64,000 bases of DNA from an uncultured Gemmatimonadales bacterium (GTDB taxonomy: Bacteria > Gemmatimonadota > Gemmatimonadetes > Gemmatimonadales > Gemmatimonadaceae): NCBI GenBank assembly GCA_963707505.1, contig CAVPQB010000006.1:256001-320000 (forward strand), written 5' to 3'. Below the pieces are notes generated by a model that had not been told where the DNA came from, made no database searches, and was given only the letters and a program-made list of their open reading frames with translations. Shown here piece after piece: positions 60,197-64,000 of this stretch (positions are counted from its first letter, which is position 1; every line of letters starts with the position of its first letter). Made by a program: the position numbers and the translations under genes.

Positions 60197-60832
60197 TCAG
60201 CGCGTGCCGAAGAGTCTGTCTCCTGCGTCGCCCAGACCGGGAAGTATGTAACCCACGGAATTCAGCTCGCGATCGAGCGATGCTGCGTAGACCTGCACGT
60301 CCGGATGCGAGTCGAGAAGTTTCTGGACGCCTTCCGGTGCCGCGACGAGGCAGAGGAAGCGGATGCGTGTTGCGCCGGTTCTCTTGAGTGACGAGACGGC
60401 AGCGACCGCGCTTCCACCTGTTGCGAGCATGGGATCGAGAAGAAAGAAGTCACGCTCGGCGGCGTCGCCGGGAATCTTGAAGTAGTAGTCGACGGGCTGG
60501 AGAGTCTCGTGATCGCGGTAAAGGCCGATGTGGCCCACTCGTGCTGACGGGACCAGTCTGAGCACTCCCTCAACCATTCCCAGGCCGGCGCGTAGGATTG
60601 GGACGAGCGTCAGCTTCTTGCCACTTATATGATGACCCGTCGTGTGCTCCAGGGGCGTATCCACTTCTCGGGGCTCGATGCCGAGATCCTTGGTAGCCTC
60701 GTAAGCCATCAGGGTCGCTATCTCATCCACCAGTTCCTTGAAGATCTTGGTGGGTGTACGCCTGTCCCGAAGCAGGGTGAGCTTGTGGAGGACAAGCGGG
60801 TGGCGGATAATAGTGAGGTTCGAAAACTCCAT
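60197..60832 (-). CDS. upp: Uracil phosphoribosyltransferase
   Basis: [36 protein letters not shown]. Confidence 0.98.
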   Translation of the reverse strand: MEFSNLTIIRHPLVLHKLTLLRDRRTPTKIFKELVDEIATLMAYEATKDLGIEPREVDTPLEHTTGHHISGKKLTLVPILRAGLGMVEGVLRLVPSARVGHIGLYRDHETLQPVDYYFKIPGDAAERDFFLLDPMLATGGSAVAAVSSLKRTGATRIRFLCLVAAPEGVQKLLDSHPDVQVYAASLDRELNSVGYILPGLGDAGDRLFGTR

Positions 60833-60839
60833 AATCCCA

Positions 60840-61010
60840 ATGAAAGAATATCAGGCAGTAGTGGTCAAGCTTACGCGCCACACGCGTGAGAATGAAGATA
60901 CCCTGACAGATCTGCTCAACGAGCGGATCCGTGGCGGCTGGGAGCCGGCGCTCATAAGTCAGGACAAGGACCAGCTGGTTCTAATATTCTGCAGGTCAGC
61001 CGAGGGTTGA
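60840..61010 (+). CDS. Small DUF4177-like protein
   Basis: 56 aa [19 protein letters not shown] pattern. Confidence 0.65.
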   Translation: MKEYQAVVVKLTRHTRENEDTLTDLLNERIRGGWEPALISQDKDQLVLIFCRSAEG

Positions 61011-61046
61011 CCGATCCCACCAATTAGTACCCAATAGACACTAAAT

Positions 61047-62429
61047 ATGGAAATAGAGTTCTACGGCGCAGCCCGGGAGGTTACCGGGTCGTGCCACATT
61101 CTGCGTGTGAATGGCAAGGTCGTGATTCTGGACTGCGGGATGTTCCAGGGGCGCCGGAGCGAATCCGCCGAGAAGAACAAGACACTGCCCGTGGAGGTAG
61201 CGGAGATCGATGCGGTGGTATTGTCGCATGCGCACATCGATCATTCAGGGCGACTGCCGTATCTGGTCCGAAAGGGCTATTCCAAAACGATATTCGCAAC
61301 GGCGGCGACCCGGGACCTCTGCGCGGTGATGCTGGCCGACTCGGCGCACATACAGGAGAGCGACGCCAAACATCTGGCGAAGAACCACAAGGAGTTCATC
61401 GAGCCGCTATACACGATGCGGGATGCAGTGCGGACGCAGGATCTGATGATCGGCATCCCGTACAACAAGACCTTTGATGTCGTGGCAGGGGTGCGGTGCA
61501 CGTACGTCGATGCCGGACACATTCTGGGCTCGGCGTCGGTGCTGCTGGACATCACAGAGAACGGGAAGACGAAGCGGCTCGTGTTCTCCGGCGATATCGG
61601 CCGGCCGGGTCTGTCGATCATACGTGATCCGGTGGTGCCGCAGGGGGCTGACGTTGTGATCATGGAATCGACTTACGGGAACCGCGATCATGAAACCGTG
61701 GTCGATGCGCGGGCTCAGCTTGCTGCGGTCGTGCGGGATACGGCAGCGCGTGGCGGCCGGGTTCTGATTCCGTCGTTTGCCGTGGGGCGCACGCAGGAGC
61801 TGCTCTACAATCTGAATGGGCTTTCGCGAGAGGGGGCGATTCCAGCGATTCCGATTTACGTGGACAGTCCGCTCGCGACCGACACCACCACCGTGTTCGA
61901 GATGCATCCGGAGGTGTTCGATCACACGGAAGATCTGGTAAACAAGGCCAAGGACCTTTTCCAGTTTCCGCAGGTGCACTTCACGCGGAGCGTGGAAGAG
62001 TCGAAGGCGCTGAACACGGCCCAGGGGCCGATGGTGATCATCGCGGCGTCGGGAATGGTAGAAGCGGGGCGTATCCTGCACCATCTGGTGCAGGGTGCCG
62101 GCGATCCCAAGAACACGATTCTATTCGTGGGTTATCAGGCCGAAGGAACGCTCGGCAGGAGAATCGAGGCGAGCCCCCCGACCGTGCGCATTTATGGGGA
62201 TGATGTTCCGTTGCGGGCCGAGGTGAAGATCATAGACGGATACAGTGCGCACGCCGATCGGACCGAGCTGACGGCGTGGATCGACGGTGTGAAGGCGACA
62301 TCGCCCCAACTGAGCGAAGTGTTTCTCGTGCATGGAGAGGCGGACGTACAGGACATCTTCAAGACAGCGTTAACTGCAAAGGGGTACACTGTAGAATGCC
62401 CGGAACCTCGCACAAAGCGAACGGTCTAA
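61047..62429 (+). CDS. MBL/beta-CASP ribonuclease
   Basis: GAAREVTGS, SHAHIDHSG, ESTYG, AVGRTQE, SAHAD, VHGE. Confidence 0.93.
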   Translation: MEIEFYGAAREVTGSCHILRVNGKVVILDCGMFQGRRSESAEKNKTLPVEVAEIDAVVLSHAHIDHSGRLPYLVRKGYSKTIFATAATRDLCAVMLADSAHIQESDAKHLAKNHKEFIEPLYTMRDAVRTQDLMIGIPYNKTFDVVAGVRCTYVDAGHILGSASVLLDITENGKTKRLVFSGDIGRPGLSIIRDPVVPQGADVVIMESTYGNRDHETVVDARAQLAAVVRDTAARGGRVLIPSFAVGRTQELLYNLNGLSREGAIPAIPIYVDSPLATDTTTVFEMHPEVFDHTEDLVNKAKDLFQFPQVHFTRSVEESKALNTAQGPMVIIAASGMVEAGRILHHLVQGAGDPKNTILFVGYQAEGTLGRRIEASPPTVRIYGDDVPLRAEVKIIDGYSAHADRTELTAWIDGVKATSPQLSEVFLVHGEADVQDIFKTALTAKGYTVECPEPRTKRTV

Positions 62430-62430
62430 C

Positions 62431-63811
62431 ATGGTAAGATCCCGGTACGCCGCTCTGCGGCTGCTCTCTGTGGCTACCGCCTGCAGTCGCGTTTGCGACG
62501 ACTGGCGGTGCGCAATCCATCCCGCGCATTCCATTCGAGAAGTACACGCTGCCGAACGGGTTGGAGGTGATCCTTCATCAGGATCACACGACGCCGATGA
62601 TAGCGGTCGATACGTGGTATCATGTCGGTTCGGGTGATGAGAAGCCAGGTCACACGGGATTCGCACATCTCTTCGAGCATCTGATGTTCATGGGCTCGCA
62701 GCATGTGCCTACCGGACAGTTCGACCAGCTTCTGGAAGCCGCGGGTGCGAACAACAACGGCTCGACCACGGAAGATCGTACGAATTATTACGAAACGATG
62801 CCGTCGAACGCACTCCCCCTGGCACTGTACCTCGATAGTGATAGGATGGGCTTCCTACTTCCGGCTCTGGATAGCGCGAAGGTGGATTTGCAGAGGGACG
62901 TTGTGAAGAATGAACGCCGCCAACGCGTGGACAACGTGCCGTACGGAAAATCGGACGAGACCATTCTGGCAGCGTTATATCCGAAAGGCCATCCGTACTC
63001 ATGGCCCGTAATTGGCTCGATGGCGGATCTCTCGGCGGCGACGCTTGCGGATGTGAAGAATTTCTTCAGGACGTATTACGCACCGAACAACGCGACACTG
63101 GTTATCGCCGGGGATTTCAACATCGATTCGGCGAAGGCGTTGGTGAAGCATTACTTCGGCGATATCCCACGTGGTCCGCAAATTCCGCCGAGGCCATCGC
63201 CGGCGCTGGTTGTGATCCCGCGTGACACATTTCTGGTGTTGCAGGACAGGGTTCAGCTCCCACGGGTGTACTATACCTGGCCGTCGGTGAAAAATTTCGC
63301 ACACGACGATGCAGCGCTGAATGTGCTTGCATCGGTGCTCGCTGACGGCAAGAACTCACGGCTGTACAAGCGACTCGTTTACGACATGCAGATCGCTCAG
63401 GACGTGAATGCATATCAGAACGGTGAGCATCTGGCAGGCTACTTTCAGATCATAGTGACACCAAGAAAGGGAATCGCACCAGCCAGAATCGACTCTCTGG
63501 TTCGTGCGGAGCTCATCAAACTGCAAAAAGACGGAATAACCGCACGCGAGCTGGCGCGTGTGCAGAACTCGACGCGGTCCGACTTTCTCAGATCGCTTGC
63601 CACGGATCTCGGTAAAGCCGAGCTGTTGAATCAATACAATTACTTCGTGGGAGATCCGGACTATGTGCAACGTGACGCAGCCAGATACGACGCTGTGACC
63701 AGAGCCGATGTTCAACGTGTTGCACGGATGTACCTTGGCAAGCCAAAGGTCGTGTTGACGGTTGTGCCGGACGGGATGACAGCACTGATGGTCAAGGGAG
63801 GCTCCAGATGA
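62431..63811 (+). CDS. M16 family zinc peptidase, apparent +1 frameshift in the signal-peptide region
   Basis: HLFEH; EKYTLPNGL lies upstream of 62561 in a frame closed by TAA 62435; ATG 62431 is one frame off. Confidence 0.9.
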
Positions 63812-64000
63812 GATATCGTGTCTCGGGCACCATCGCAGGAGCGATACTGGTGGTGCTTGCAGCGCCGGTGACGCTGACGGCTCAGGCGCCGGTCGATCGT
63901 AGCAAGCCGCCGGAGCTCGGTCCTCCACCGGCGTTGCACATACCGCCTGTCGTGGTGCGTGAGCTTGCGAACGGGCTCAAGCTAATGGTTGTCGAGCGTC
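63808..64000 (+). CDS. Second M16 peptidase subunit, truncated by window end
   Basis: ATGA overlap; signal peptide, DRSKPP, LANGLKL. Confidence 0.8.
   Translation, partial: MRYRVSGTIAGAILVVLAAPVTLTAQAPVDRSKPPELGPPPALHIPPVVVRELANGLKLMVVER

Overview
A GC-rich bacterial chromosome segment spanning the replication origin region, probably from Gemmatimonadota (inferred from the L34 N-terminus [13 protein letters not shown] and general gene content; not verifiable here). It carries dnaA-dnaN with an oriC-like intergenic region, rpmH-rnpA-yidD-yidC-mnmE, rnpB, mnmG, parA-parB, polA, pyrE, upp, murB (partial) and msrA. Other genes include a nucleoside-type ABC transporter, a Tat-signal TldD/TldE pair, a KdpE/KdpD-like pair, a KirBac-type K+ channel and a MoxR/DUF58/DUF4350/DUF4129/RDD-SpoIIM cluster. 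No CRISPR array, tRNA, rRNA, prophage or intact transposase was seen. About 13.6-15.4 kb is a small accessory patch with IS3-like scars, and several REP-like palindromes lie between convergent genes. Four genes (ABC-F, YheT-like hydrolase, yidC, M16 peptidase) show apparent +1 frameshifts, most likely sequencing or assembly errors. The most notable observations are a second DnaA-box cluster after parB, unexplained repeats upstream of parA, many probable leaderless starts, a possible AUC start and the uncharacterised MoxR-DUF58 membrane system. All family assignments come from motif recognition by eye, not database searches.
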